A DNA stretch of 63,995 nt, counting the filler, from Bigelowiella natans CCMP2755 (taxonomy: Eukaryota; Protista; Cercozoa), in the NCBI GenBank assembly GCA_000320545.1. It is 6 parts of 6 records of this genome, joined end to end, with 100 filler letters (N's around TTAATTAATTAA, not from the genome) between each part and the next. Parts side by side here need not be neighbours in the genome. Positions count along the whole stretch, not along the records: positions 1 to 20,554 come from ADNK01001829.1; 5 more parts are not named here. One strand, given 5' to 3'. Below the pieces are notes generated by a model, which saw only the letters and a program-made list of their open reading frames with translations, made no database searches and was not told the origin of the DNA. Positions 1 through 13,634 of the stretch are shown here, in pieces (position 1 is the first letter of the stretch; every line of letters starts with the position of its first letter). The translations under genes and the position numbers were made by a program.

Positions 1-109
1 GGGGGGGGGGAGAGAAGAGATTCAAGTATTTACACGCTTTTGTTATCTCAAAGATGATCGATGTGGGAAAACACAGAAGTAGATAGTGCCTCTTCTTGAA
101 TAGCTACAG

Positions 110-523
110 GCGACGTATACGTGCCCAGCTGTCAGCATCAATCGCCATGACCCTTACACTATTTGCTTGTGGTGAAATAATGAATGGAAGAAGCGGAAGG
201 GGGAGGAGGATCACGTGACGCTCTCGATCGCAGACTACAGGTCTCGTACAGCGTATTTGCCCTTTCTCATATTACGTGACATTTTAGATTAGCACGGATA
301 GATAGTGTGAGTGTGCGTGTGCGTGTGCGTGTACAATACGCTCAATTCAATGCCTGCGTGGTTTTCTATACAATATATGTGGTCATTAATCGCTATTGTT
401 GTTGTTGTCGTTATTTATTAATATTATCATTCTAGGGAGATTCATCAGTACGACGCTGACATCATTGAAGAAGTGCGAGTCCGTTGTTCGAACAAAGGAG
501 GCTGCAAAAAGCTTGGCAGATGA
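110..523 (+). CDS. 3' end (last two exons) of a hypothetical protein
   Basis: Exons 110-171 and 436-523 have AG/GT boundaries and splice in frame to ATYTCPAVSINRHDPYTICLW-EIHQYDADIIEEVRVRCSNKGGCKKLGR*. No family recognised. Confidence 0.45.
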
Positions 524-533
524 CGAATATTAT

Positions 534-591
<58 letters not shown>

Positions 592-668
592 TATGTACAT
601 GCGTAGATGTGTTCATTGCCAAGTGTGTATGCAGCTTATTAGCATGATCGAATAGAATGTGTGCTCTA

Positions 669-711
<43 letters not shown>

Positions 712-1587
712 GGCTATGGCGCATGGGATGTGTGTGGCACTAGCGTGTACCATGTTCCATAGCCGTAGCTCCCCTAGTGTGCTCTGTATTCTCCATCACC
801 GTTGATCACGTAAGCCGAACGTAGGCGTCCAAAGATGCCTATGCACATGTACGATAGATATCGCTAGGCAGCATGTGCGCAGCGGTGAGATGGTAGCGCT
901 GTGAGGCGTGGGGCGTGTGTGAGGCATGAGTGACGTGCGTAATACACACACGTAGCAATGATGCTCAAGTTCGATGTATACGTACCCTATTGCTATATAC
1001 ATGTATTTATGAGAATGTGGACAAGAGGAACGCTGCACAGGCATTCTCTATATGTCAGCTTGCGTGTGTTGGTTGTGCAGCTTCAAGTGTCGCATATCTG
1101 CATGCATTTGTTCGGCAGTTGTGCACTTCCAGTGGCACGCTCTCCTATATCGTATCCGACCATGGCCGAGCTACGCTTTGAACATGCCACACAATTGAAA
1201 AATGTGCGTCTTTGTGCCTTCATAACGATTCACAGGAAAAACTTAGGACAGAGTAAGTGTATTCATTCTGTTCCTCAGCGTTTGAGGAACGGTCTTATTT
1301 ACAATTTGGCATAAATCATCCCAATGGTAACAATCTAGCAGCTGGTCAATAGATGCATGTCCATGTAACAACCGATCATTTCCTCTATCGACTATTCTGC
1401 GATTATTCAACCTAATCATCAACTCTTCTAATTGCTATTGGCTTCTTCTTCGGGTCGGCTCCGTCGAAGCTATTATCGTGCAGCTAGCATCAACGCGTCG
1501 TCGGTTTGACGGGAAGATGCTCATGTGTGTGTGTGTGCATTGTTTTCTTCTTATGTCGTGGCACAGCACAAAGAAGATTCCCACGAT

Positions 1588-3756
1588 TCATTTTTTGCTC
1601 TCCTCATCATCGCCCTCCCCCACGACTTGATTGGGAGCGTAGTAGTCGGAGTAGTACGCGGCGCGGTTGTGGGCGTCGGCGGCCATCTCTCCCCGGCGCG
1701 CCGCGGCATGCTGGCAAGCCGCACAGCGCGGGGAGCGGAGATGCTGCAGCCGGCAGAGAAGGCACCGGGCACTGGAGCTCGGGTCAAACGAAGCTTCTAT
1801 CGTCGATGTCAACGAGTGCGTGATCGCGCGGGTCAGCGTATTCGTGAGAGTGTTGTTCAGCGCCACGGCCAGATAGATGGGGACCTTCTCCAAGACGGAG
1901 TCTACGACGGACTGATACGCGGTTCGGGACACGATGCTGAAGAGCGCTCCCGCGGCCGCGCGCGCGGCGTCCCTCGAGACCTGACGGCGTATTGCCCAGG
2001 GGACCGTCGCGTTGAGCGTGAAGGTGATCTGGTTGGCCATGGGCAGCCACATCTTCTTCACCAGCTGCTTGAGGTAGCTCTTGAAGTCCTTTTGCAGCTG
2101 CTTCCCGAGCAGCCCCGGAAACTTGGCGCTATCGCTCATCCCCTTGTCGTTGTCATCCTTCCTCCTCTCGAGGAAGATGCTCGGTTTGTCCGTCGTCCAC
2201 ATCTTCCCCGGGTCCTTGTACCCGACCCCCTTGCTGCCCTTCGTGTTCGGCGGCGAGCCCGCGATTCCGTCGCTAATGGCGGCGGGGACGTAGTAGTCCA
2301 TCACGGCTATCATCTTCTGACTCACCTGCTCGGTGACGAGGGGAGCAACCCCTGCAACGATGAAGGGGATTGTACCAGACTCGAGGAAAGAACTGCTGCT
2401 GGGGTCAAACTCCTCATCCGCTGCGCCGTGGGCGCTGCTCGCATACTGCTCGCTCATCGAGTGGAGGAGGAACCCCGTGGCGACGCCAGTGCCCATACCC
2501 GTCTCGAGCAACTCTACAGCTCGATATATCTCCGGAGTGGTGGTGGCGGTGATGGTGGACGATATGGCAGGAGAAGAAGAAGAAGAAGAAGAAGAAGAAG
2601 AAGAATAGGAGCGCAACGAGGAAGGGCGAACCGTATCGCTGCGGTTGCTGTTGTTGCTGTCAGGATGGTTTTCTTTAGCATCATGGTGCTCTCGTAGCGA
2701 TGAACGAAGCGACCATCCGGCATGGATCGCTTCATCGACGCTCTGGGCTAGAAGGCCCTTCTCAGCATCGTCATCATCTTTGTCCTCGTCCCAATGGCTA
2801 CCGGAAGACTCGTTCTCATCGAAGAAACCCGAGGAGGGAATACGATAGTAAAGCACCCTCAGGTCGTCCGCTGCGGGTGTCAATCGCCTGTAGACGATGC
2901 TGTTGATACCGCTATTGTTTGTTTCTGAGTGCTGCTCAGAACGAGGAATTATGTGGATCTCCCAATCGCTAGCAGCTTCGATGAGGGCGGGGAATAAATC
3001 GCGGCTGTTCGAAATGTTGTCATCAACGGCGATACGAACGTCTAAGCTCTCAACTTTTCCCTCTTCTCCTCGGTCATGTTCACCTGAAACGAGGAGTTGG
3101 AAACATGAATCAAAACAGCTTTACACACGGTATACCCAGCCGCCTTCTTCTCCAGTTATTTTATGTCTAGGTCTCTCAAATTCGTATCACCTAAGAAAGT
3201 GGATAGGATCCCCTCCAGCTGCTCTCCGATATGTATAGCCTTGAACTGCATGCTCCCAAAAGATGGATGCTCTACGACTCCGTTGTCGACGCTCACGCCT
3301 GGTGGCGGGACTCCCATCACCGCGTTGACCAATCGAAGTTGGGATCTCATACCCTCAGGATCATTTTCTGCGTTGTCCCCCTTCCCCAGGAACCTTGAAA
3401 ACGATATGCGAATCCCGGGAACAATCTGCTCTGCCATTCCTTCCTGATATATGGAGGCGGCTGATGATGATGATCGTGATGATAACCACGGCGATTACGA
3501 ACGAACCACTGTAATTCATATTCATGAGAAACTGTAGAAAAAACAACCGAACCTCGTGAATGCAGAGCTTCCAGGTCATTGCAGTTCCTCCGCTATCGCC
3601 AGGATCAAAATCATCAGCAGCAGCAACACCAGGCAGGCCATGTGAAAAGGGAATCGAGATCGAGCCATGTATTAATAACATCATACACGCCCGGAAGATG
3701 ATAGCGGTACAAGCGCCCAGACGCAGGTTCGCGACGGGGGATGCAAGTGCAATCAT
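1588..3756 (-). CDS. Putative secreted protein, 3 exons, with C-terminal helical Leu/Thr repeat, CxxC pairs and YYSDYY motif
   Basis: Exons 3756-3553, 3443-3191 and 3083-1588 join in frame through GT-AG introns. N-terminus is hydrophobic and signal-like. C-terminus reads LNNTLTNTLTRAITHSLT...CLLC...CAAC...AAYYSDYY. Confidence 0.7.
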
Positions 3757-4777
3757 CTAAGCTCCAGTTCTCCTCCTCCTCCTCCTCCTCCGACCACCAC
3801 CACTTTTAAAAACTTGCCCCAGGGGGAAAGCTCTCATCCTCGTTCGAATTGCAGATGGCGCCGATGACGTTCTTTGAGGGAGCCATATAAAATTAAAAAA
3901 ATTAAATGCGAATGAAAATAAAAAAAAGATTTTTTTTATCTTTTCGGCTGTCGGCTGCTCCGAAAATCCACAACTGCGACAAGAACCTCGAGATGAGAAT
4001 AATATCTTTCAAATTAGATCTAGATCTAGGTAGATCTAGGACGAGGGTGGATCTAGTAACGACGTACGTTCGAGGGTTTTCGAGAGCTAAAACAGGAAAG
4101 GACCAAAAAGAGAATTTCGGATTTCTTCTTTTTTTCCCTGCGTAGATATCCAATATGGATGTGCATGTACAACGTTAATACCCTTGTAATGTCAGGAAAA
4201 CGATGAGGCTCTCCGAGAAACGAAGAGAAGTCATTTCTCTACAAGGGCCGATCCGCATCCGTTTTCAAGTATTTTTTGCCCAAAACGCAGGACCAAAAGC
4301 GGTCCTTCCCAGGACAGGAAAATAACGAAATGGAGTGGGATTTCTTGCTAAGATCCTTCTTCCGCCCTCGTCCAGGGACAAAGAGCAAAACCTGTACAAA
4401 TCGGAGGGGATTTCTCGGTTTTGAGCCCGATGTTCGACATTAAACGAGAAACTGGAGGAGTTTCACAAATTTCCCGTTGTGCCCTCGTCGGCTGCGGGTT
4501 TGATCAGCAGTGGAACACCAGCTTTTGCAGTGCCCAAACACCCCCCTCTCTCCCCATATACGCACGGGAGAGTCTTGGGAAGACCTGTAACGATTGGGAT
4601 AGGTATAGAGATATATATATATATATATATATATAGGCCTTTGTTGTTGCTGTGTTTCCTCTTGGGGCTCACCTGAGTTTGTTTTTCTTTCAGTCACACG
4701 TCTCCCCATTTGTTTGTGATCCTCCTCTCACTCAAATCCCCCCTATCAATTGGAACGAACGCGATCGGAAAGCCATC

Positions 4778-7371
4778 ATGTCTTCTACAAATGATAACAG
4801 CCCAGCCATCGAGCTAGAAGGGAATACGTGGAATGACTCGAATCGTCTGGTACACACCAACGCCCCCCTCTAGCACATCTTAAGATAGATGGTGAACATA
4901 TCTGACAGGATTTCACACTACTTCAACAACTGATGTTTTAACTGAATTGATCTCTCAGGAGAGCAAGCACTCACAAGTAGCTGGAGAGGGGATGTCTCGT
5001 GCGACATCCGGAGCTCCCCTGCATATCATGGACAAAGAAGGAGGAGGAGAGGACATCTCTGAGAGCGCCAGCGAGCACTCTTCGGACGACGCGCACAAGC
5101 TCAACATGACACAGGCCTGCGCTCTGAATACGCTGAATATGTTCGGAACCGGCCCATTCATTACGATTCCATTTCTCATCGGTAGCACATAGTTTCCTAG
5201 ATCAAGTTATATGGTGGTAGATGATGCGTGAACGGTTACATGATGACGAGGCAACGGTGGTGGTTAGATATGCTGAGGGGTTGTTGTTAAATGCTGATTT
5301 ATCGGATGTTAAATGTCAATATATCTGACCAACGCCTCTCTCCCCCCCATCAGCCGCTACTGATCCTCCAGGACCCCAAGCTCTGATTGGATATGCGATG
5401 GCAGCCATTGTGTGTATAAATGATGCCTACGTTTGGGGTGAACTCGGATCGCTTTATCCCAACAGTGGTGGTTCCTACAAGTACCTTCGTGAGACATATG
5501 GACGACACTCTTACGGGCAGCTCATGGCATTCCTCTTCTGCTGGCAGCAGGTTGTGACGAAAAGGGAGGGGGGGGGGGATGTGAAGTCGGTGGGCCAGTG
5601 ATTGCTTTTGATATGACCCATTAGCTCATTGCAGGCATGTCTGAGGCTTCTTTTTCTTATCCAACCTTGCCTGCCTCTCCCGATGGCGCAAAGTTCAGGA
5701 GTATTTATCTCTTTCAATGATGTCATCCTCAGATAATTAGTGGCCCACTCGAGATCGCCTCTGGATTCATAGCAATGTCGCAATATCTTGGTACTTGAGG
5801 GAGTGCAAATAAAAACATTTTTTGTTAGCCGTGGATGCTGCTTTAGAATCCTGCCTTGTCGTGACTTTTTGTATTTCTCTCTTTCTTACCATATTTCTTG
5901 CCACTTCCCTCTTTTTCAGCCTACATCACAGACTGCAACGAGTGGTGGCAGCATTCGCTCATCGGTTTAGCGTTCTGCGTCGTTTCCATGGGGCTGTTGT
6001 GGAAGGATACTGGCGAGGTGGGGCACACAACCGTCGCTTTATGGGTGGGGACCGTGCTTGCCATCGCCTTCACACTCTTCGCAGGGTTCATCCACTTCGA
6101 TCCCAAGAACCTCGAGACCCCGGTATTTGAAAAGTATTTTTTGTTTTTCATTTTTCAATTTCGCGGTGGAGGACGGTCGCGCCGTAGCTCTTACTGAGAG
6201 ATTCCTTGGCCTCGATGCATGTTCCTACTTCTAAAGCCTTTGTATGGGAAAGCGGAGCATCCCTTTCTTCCAGCATCATCCCCAATGAAAGGGCACCACC
6301 CCCCTTCTTCTTCTTCTTCTCCTTCATCTTCATCGTCTGATCATGGGTGATTTGGTTGTTTCTCAGGATAATGCTTACTCAGATGGATTCAAGCTGTTCT
6401 GGAGCTTCGGGGTCGCCATGCGCATCGGCATCTACGACTTCATGTGATAATAAGACCTAATTTACGCCATGATTTATGATGATGATTAATGGGGCATCTG
6501 TTATGTGAGAATATGGCGGTTCACTGCATCTGCGGAGATAGTTGCCTCCTTATTTCACTTTCCTTTTCGTACGACCACCGAAACGCCAAAAAACAAGTCA
6601 ATCATCAGTGTCGTTAGTACCGCTGTTGAGATATGTTGCCGTCTGTCCTCGTTTTCTTCTCTTCCTCACATAATGACAGGGGCTACTACGACATCTGCTT
6701 CGTTGGCGATGAGGTGAAGAACCCATCAGTGACTATTCCACAAGCATGCGTCGTGACATGCCAGGTGGTGGCGGTGGTGTTCTTTGCTGTCAACTTCGCT
6801 GTCATTGGCTACTTGCCGTGGCACGGTGAGGATGGATTCGTCGAGCTCGTCGAGGGCGATACGGGTGGGGCAAACTACATCATGTCTCTCTTCATGGAGC
6901 GCATGTTCAACCGCGGCTTCGCCATCTTTTTCACGCTCGTCGTACTGTACACCATCTTCGGCTCCTGCTTTTCGTTGCTGCTCGGATATTCCGCCATACC
7001 TTGGGCGGCAGCGCGCGATGGGATGTTTTTCCAGTGGTTCGGGCATCTGCATCCCACGAAACAAGGGCTCGCCGACCACTCTCTCTTAGCAACTGGCATT
7101 ATGACCGGCCTTTGCTGCTTCCTTGACCTCGAATTACTCATCAATGGCCTAGTCACCACGCGTCTTGTCTGCCAGTTCATCGCTCAGGCGGTCAGCGTCA
7201 TTCTGCACAGAAAGCACTTCCCAGACGCAGAGCGCCCTTATAAGGTGCGACAATCGGCATTCTCTGTGCATGTTGATGGTGGCGATATTGTGATGGGCGG
7301 GGTACTACGGAGAAGGCGTTTCTTGTTCTCATTCTTCATTATTAAGATCATAAAGCTTCTTTGTCCTTTGC

Positions 7372-7426
<55 letters not shown>

Positions 7427-7770
7427 ACTCTTCCCTCTTCTAGATGCCGTTATATCCGCTCCCCGTCATCATCTGCATAGTCTTCTTCACCTTCGTGTTT
7501 GTGACTACGGAAAATTACATCATCATGAATCAAGTGCCCCTTCTAGAGCTGGCAATAGCGTACCTCCTGGTCGGTCTAGCTGTTTACTTCCCGTGGGCGA
7601 AGACCATGGGTATGTGGCCATACAATGGGTACGGATACTCCATGACCACGCCGGCGAAGGGGTGGGTGGATAAGAAGGAGGATAAGGACACTGAGATGAA
7701 TGAAAAAGGAGCAAAGCACATGCTCGCAGATTTAATTCCCGGGCACTCGCAGATTCTCTATCTCGTTTAG
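4778..7770 (+). CDS. APC-superfamily amino acid/amine permease (multi-exon)
   Basis: Spliced motifs LNTLNMFGTGPFITIP, WGELGSLYPNSGGSYKYLRETYG, YDFMGYYDICFVGDEVKNP and ERPYKMPLYPLP, plus many TM segments. Confidence 0.9.
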
Positions 7771-9297
7771 AAATCAAAGTATGCTCAAAGGCAGCAACCT
7801 TCAAGCACCGATATACTGTTTTTTCAGAACAGGCGCGTTCATAATATTCTCCCCACTTTTGTTAGAATTTTTGTTGAGATTTATAATCTGGATAGTGGAC
7901 GATTTGAGCTTCTAAAAGCATTTATTTAACCAATCGATAATTTTATGGACGAGAGATACATATATTTATGAATGAGAGATACATTGAAATCCGAAAATGG
8001 TATCACATAACGGTTGCCACTGCGACACGTTAGAGATTTATCAAGCCGCCATGAAGCGGAGAAAGTTAACATTTATTTTAAAGTTAAAACGTCATGTATG
8101 GGTATTCACCCGCCTATTTTTACCCCACTCTTAATCATGCTCACACAGCATCTAATTAATCTCATTGTGTGAAGTCAAGAACATTTGACGAACGCGGAGA
8201 ATTTGCAGTCTTGCAGATGCTAGATTGTACGTGTGCATGTGCAGAATTTGATTTGAACATTGATCCGAGTTGGGTGTGCAATTGACAGCACATCTAGACA
8301 TCTACGCGAGATTAGAAAAAGCATGTTGCACATGCATCGATGGTTCTGTTTTTGATTCCGCAGCAGAAATTGCTCTCAAGTGGTGTCGTGCATGAAGCAA
8401 AATCTGAAAAATGAAGCGTGCATCTAGCAGGTTCTTCTTCTGTAGACTGGAAATGAGTGACCCCTTTCGATCATTCGCGGATCGACGTTTCTGAGCTGCA
8501 GCAGGTCCTGCTAGCCTGCCATCTTGGCCAGATCGCATCAAGGCGTGCACAAACATCACGTGCTAGCGTAGCGTGTGCGGCGCGCTGCCACACTACTACA
8601 GTGCCGTGTCTGACGTCACATTGCACGACCGAGCGAGCTCCAGGTCCACAGAGGTGTGCAACGCGACGGTTGTGCTTCCATTGCACGCATTTCCACGTTT
8701 TGCATCGCACCAAATTGCACATCGCATCTGACTGCACTGTCTAGCTGTGCTGGCTTGGCGCCAAGTTCTTGTGGCAAGAGATGCAGAAAATTGTTGGACA
8801 AGTGGTTTCGTTGCGACGCGCGTAAAATGGACACAGCACCACCCAATGTGCGTGGAAAGTGCTCACGTGTTGTTCATGGCTGCGCGGTTCTCCGGGACTA
8901 GAGGGATGTCAGTCAAATCATTGTCGACTCAATTTTCATGGCAGGCTTACCACAAAGCTTTTTCGATGCGACACAGAGAATGTCTTGTCGCTGTCAAAAT
9001 GTTGCCAATTGTTACCAACGATGATCAATGGAAAAGACTCAAACAGCACAAAATTGCTGCATTTTGAGATGAGAGTAGGCGACGAGGCACAAGCCAAATG
9101 GAAAGAGTGCAACACATTTTGCTATTCGCCACTTCGCCACTGGCTCCCGGATGTCGCAGATCCCAATAAGCCTAGTAAACATGTTAAACACATCGCGAAG
9201 GGAATCGCATCTGGATCTTACGACAGAACGTGATAGATAAAATGGCCCCGGAAACAACAGAATTAAATTGAAAAACTGACCCCTCTTCTCACATACA

Positions 9298-12200
9298 ATG
9301 GAAGCCAAATTGTAAGCCTCCTCAACTTGTCGAACCTCTTCTACTGTTCACTAAAGCCCGAATATCAACTCATTGTTCTCACACTAACTCCATCATTCTT
9401 AAATCATAGCGAAAAAGCAAGAAAAATGGATGCAATAGACAAAAAACAACGAGAATGCCTAGAAGTAGAAATGAATTATGTCCAAGCTCTCATTGGCCTG
9501 GAGAGCTGTTATCATCAACCTCTTGAGCACCTTTTGGATAAACAAGATAACAAAGAGCAAAGTGTCCTTTCAAAATCAGAAGTACAAATTAGATGAGTAT
9601 AAAAATAAATGGTCTAATAGAATGATACTAATTACTCAGATCAAACTCGTCTTTAGAAATACGCGGCAACTTCTTGTTTGTCATAAAAAGATACTGGTGG
9701 CTCTACGGTGAAGCTTACTCTTTTTGGCTTATTTACTACATAAATACTGGAAAGAATATGCATGATGAGATTGAAATATTACATTTAGCGAAACTATCAA
9801 GAGTAATGGTTCAGTGGCTGTTGTATATGAAAACTTCGCCCCGTTTCTTCGAATCTACACAGAGTATGTGAATCACCATGACGAAGCAGCCGAATTTATC
9901 AGCAAGGTGAGTTTCAGTGTCACATATAAATTACAGAGTGATGCGGACCAGCAAAATTTGAAAATTTGTTCAATGTAGGCCCTACGTGACCCCGCTTATG
10001 CACAGTTCCAGAAATTTGTGTACGAATACCTATGATAAACAAGTCATATACAAAAATACAAACAGTAATGTTGTTTAATTTGCAGTACCATTGCTCGTTC
10101 ACATCCTCATACACCGAACGAGACTCTCCCTAGCTTGTTAATCCGTCCAATACAGCTAATTCCACGCTATCGTCTTCTCATGGCTGAACTCCTGCGACTT
10201 ATTGAGAAACGGAAGAGGCAAGAGCGTAGGATTGCAATGCCAACAAAATTTGAAGTTGAAGCAATTCAAAGGGCTCCTAAACCGAAGGATCACGAGTCTT
10301 TCATTCGCAAGTTAGAAAATGACCGTGAGCTCGCCCGTCGAGGACTTGAAGCAATTGCTAACCTTGCGAGACATATTAATGAGGGCCTCCGCGAGAGTGA
10401 AAGGTTCCAAAATTTGTCTTTGTTACAAATACATCATCTCGACAAATTAATATCTTAATTGTTAAGAATTAGATCACTGGCATCGGTTGAAAATGAGATC
10501 ATAGGATTACCATCTTTGACGCATAATCCTAAAAGAAAACTTGTTCAAAAAGCACGTTTTAAAGTATCTTCTGAAACTCTTGGGTGAGAAAGAATCATTC
10601 CCGATCGAGGCGTCATTGAAAAATTGTTTTTCTATATTCTCAGGGAAAAAACAGAGCTTGCTATTTATTTGCTCTCTGATATGCTGATTTACGCTGCCCC
10701 AATGGTTCTTCCAACTTAGATACGCCATTTTGATAACTTTCTGATGCGCTGTGTCATGATAGAGAAGGGGTGTTTGTGAACAGGGTTGGAAGCTGAGAGT
10801 AAAGGAAATAATACCCCTGAAAGGAAGCTGTTTGAAGGTGGAAGATGTTGAAGGTGAATATTTACATGACACACATAGATTGGTGTTGTATCGACCCTAT
10901 TTGTAATTGATTAGATTCCCGTCCTGGCCGTCATGTGTTTCGAATAAAGACAAAGACTCAAATGCTTGCAATGTAAGTTATGCTTCAGTGCTCATCACCA
11001 ATTTCAACGAATATTACTCTCTTGTAGACTTGCGGCAAGTCAGCGAGAGAAGAAGCAGTGGCTCGATTCCTTAAAGGTAAGATTTATTCCTAAACATATG
11101 TGCCAAATTTGAGTAGAATCCCTTAGGAATTTATCCGAGATCCAATAGAAATGGGTGGAGATGGTGAAACCCCAACCTGGCAGGTTGAATGCACTTAATT
11201 TCCTATTCAGAGGTTGCTTGAGATGTTGACCCCATTTCAATCGGTAGTCCGATAGTGAGGTTACTCGATGCCAGGCTTGTGACAAGCCATTCCAGATACT
11301 TTTAAGGTGCAGGACTCTAATATGGCATTGAACTTTACCCGAACGACGAATGAATCATGTTTCAATTCACGTTTGTTCTCCCAGAAGGCATCACTGCCGC
11401 CGATGCGGGCGTATATTTTGTGCTATCTGCACATCCGCCCGGGTGTACCTTCCAGGTGTTGCATCTTTGGCGCATGAACCTCAGGTGACACGGCAGAAAC
11501 GTTATTTGTTAACCACAAATGCTACTGAAACACATTTGGACATCGCTCAAAATGTCATGAAGAAATATGTATGCACATATTTTGTAGAGAGTTTGTGGAG
11601 GATGCGCAAAAGCATTGAGCCGAAGAGAAAAGGAGTATCGTACGGAAATACTGGATGCACTGTTCACTCGCGTAAGTAATTGTAGAATTTAAATGTGTGT
11701 GTAAATTGTACAAATAAACACAAAAAGGAGTCATGAAAAATACACTTATATCATTTACGATTATAAAAATTGACCGGTTGTGCCATCTGATTCCAACAGG
11801 CCCGAGCGCAGTCCTGTACTTCTAGCATCAATGGAAGGATAAAAATACCGGTTCGTTTTAGATTTACGTAAATTCTAAGCATCACATTTGTGAAGCTACA
11901 TAAAAGGAAGAGAAAACGATAAGTTACTACCTCATAGGTACCAAGGGGTATCAAGTTGCTAAAAATACCGGATGAAAACAGTGATCCTATTATCTATGAC
12001 TCCGATACTCCTACTTCTCTTAATTCAACTCCTGGAAGTAGCTACAGAAGTTCTTTTCCTCTAAAATCGATGTCAGGCCCAGTCTCTGAATTTTCGCCTC
12101 TCGCACGACTTCAATCTAAATCATTTAATATGGAATCGGATACAAAGTCTCGTAGTAAAAGTTATAAACATATACGGAATAACTTCTATGCTGTAGGCCC

Positions 12201-12633
12201 GAGATTAAGGTCCGAGTCTACAGGTTACGCAGCCACTATTGATGAACAAAAATTTCTTGAAGCACTCCGAATTGTTCATCACGAGAAAGTTGCTATGTCT
12301 GCTGCAAACTCCGAACCTGAGATGGAGGAGAGAGTAAGCGATGTAAACAGAGATAGCCAGCCCGAGAAACAAAAGATATGCACGAATGTATCGGTGAAAT
12401 TTGGAAACGAAGCTGAAAATTTTTCTTCGAAAGAATGCAAAAATGGATTGTCAGAAACAGGCAACAATCTGACCAAAGATGGTGACAAGATTGCAATGAG
12501 TCGAAGGTTTTGTACTCAATGTGGGAGCGAACGACGTTCACGAAAAGACATATTTTGTAGTAAATGTGGAGGGCGGAGATTTTTTTGTGCATCACCGACT
12601 AAGATGTCGCGTAATACTAAAAATGACAATTAG
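9298..12633 (+). CDS. FGD/frabin-like RhoGEF (DH-PH-FYVE) with C-terminal CxxC...CxxC zinc ribbon
   Basis: DH motifs ECLEVEMNYVQAL and LLIRPIQLIPRYRLLMAELL. PH motif LFLLSDMLIYA. FYVE spliced as WQSDSEVTRCQAC...RRHHCRRCGRIFC...RVCGGC. C-terminal FCTQCG...FCSKCG. Confidence 0.88.
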
Positions 12634-13477
12634 CACAACCTGTAGATAAAAAGTTAATGTGGATGGCACAATGCTTTAGTTGTGTGTGTTTGTAGCGTGT
12701 AAAGCTCCTTCACAGAATTTTACACGTTGTTCAATTTCTGCCGCTAAACCAATGCATCACTCAATGGCGGGCTCTAGGCTATGCTAGCTAGCTAGGACAC
12801 AAGCGAAAAAATAGTCACATGCACCATGCATTGCGTTCAGATTTCGTCATCATCTAAGCATTTAGGGCGTTGCATGCTAGCTAGCATGAACTAATGTAGG
12901 GATAGATCATTTCAATTGTTTAACCACATCTAGATGTGCTAGATGTGTCCGCATCCTGCTGCGCGCGACGACCTAACTAACTAATCAGATCATCCGCGTT
13001 CGAATTTATTTGAGTGCCAAGCTAGCAAGTAAAAGCAATGACAGACAGATTGTGTGGAAGTTTGCAGTTAGATTCTTCAAAACACAACATTTCGTTGTTG
13101 GATGCACTACATGCTAGTTAGCTAGCATGTGCTGGCTAGCTGGCTTGCTCTAGTTGAGCTACATCTAGGCATGATCTCTCGATCTGCACCGATGCGCACA
13201 TGAGACGTGGTTACGAGATTCAATTTCATTCCGTCATTGAATATTGCACTCACAGTGAACTAGTGAAAGTGAATTTTATTTATCATATGATTTTATCGTG
13301 AGGGCCCGAATGGTAATTTTGGGCTGAAAGATGAGAAGAAATGTATTCGCTTTCACTCCATTCATGACTTTTGAAATCACTTGCCATGTCTGATAGCATA
13401 GTCAATTTCATCGCACCAGTCTAGCAGTGTGCAGCCTCACGGAACATAATCAACGACAGTTGAATTTGTCGGGTAGA

Positions 13478-13598
13478 TCAGCCAGCTGATGCTGCTGCTG
13501 TTGCTGGACACAGCGCATGTGCTTCTCCAAGGCTGTCATCACTGCACATCCCCGGCTTCGTTTCTTCTATGGAGTATCTAAAGGAACCACATCAAGCA

Positions 13599-13634
<36 letters not shown>

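Noticed and set aside
396-724. ORFs made of [16 protein letters not shown] runs (many throughout the window)
   Set aside because: Translations of dinucleotide microsatellites in introns and UTRs.
1525-2697. 390-aa + strand ORF
   Set aside because: Antisense shadow of the GC3-rich minus-strand exon, which has a coherent spliced structure.
8302-9233. Several overlapping Cys/His-rich ORFs in many frames (also at 20947-21276 and 33792-34297)
   Set aside because: Loss of TpA removes TAA stops and turns Tyr codons into Cys/His codons, inflating spurious ORFs. No domain is recognisable.
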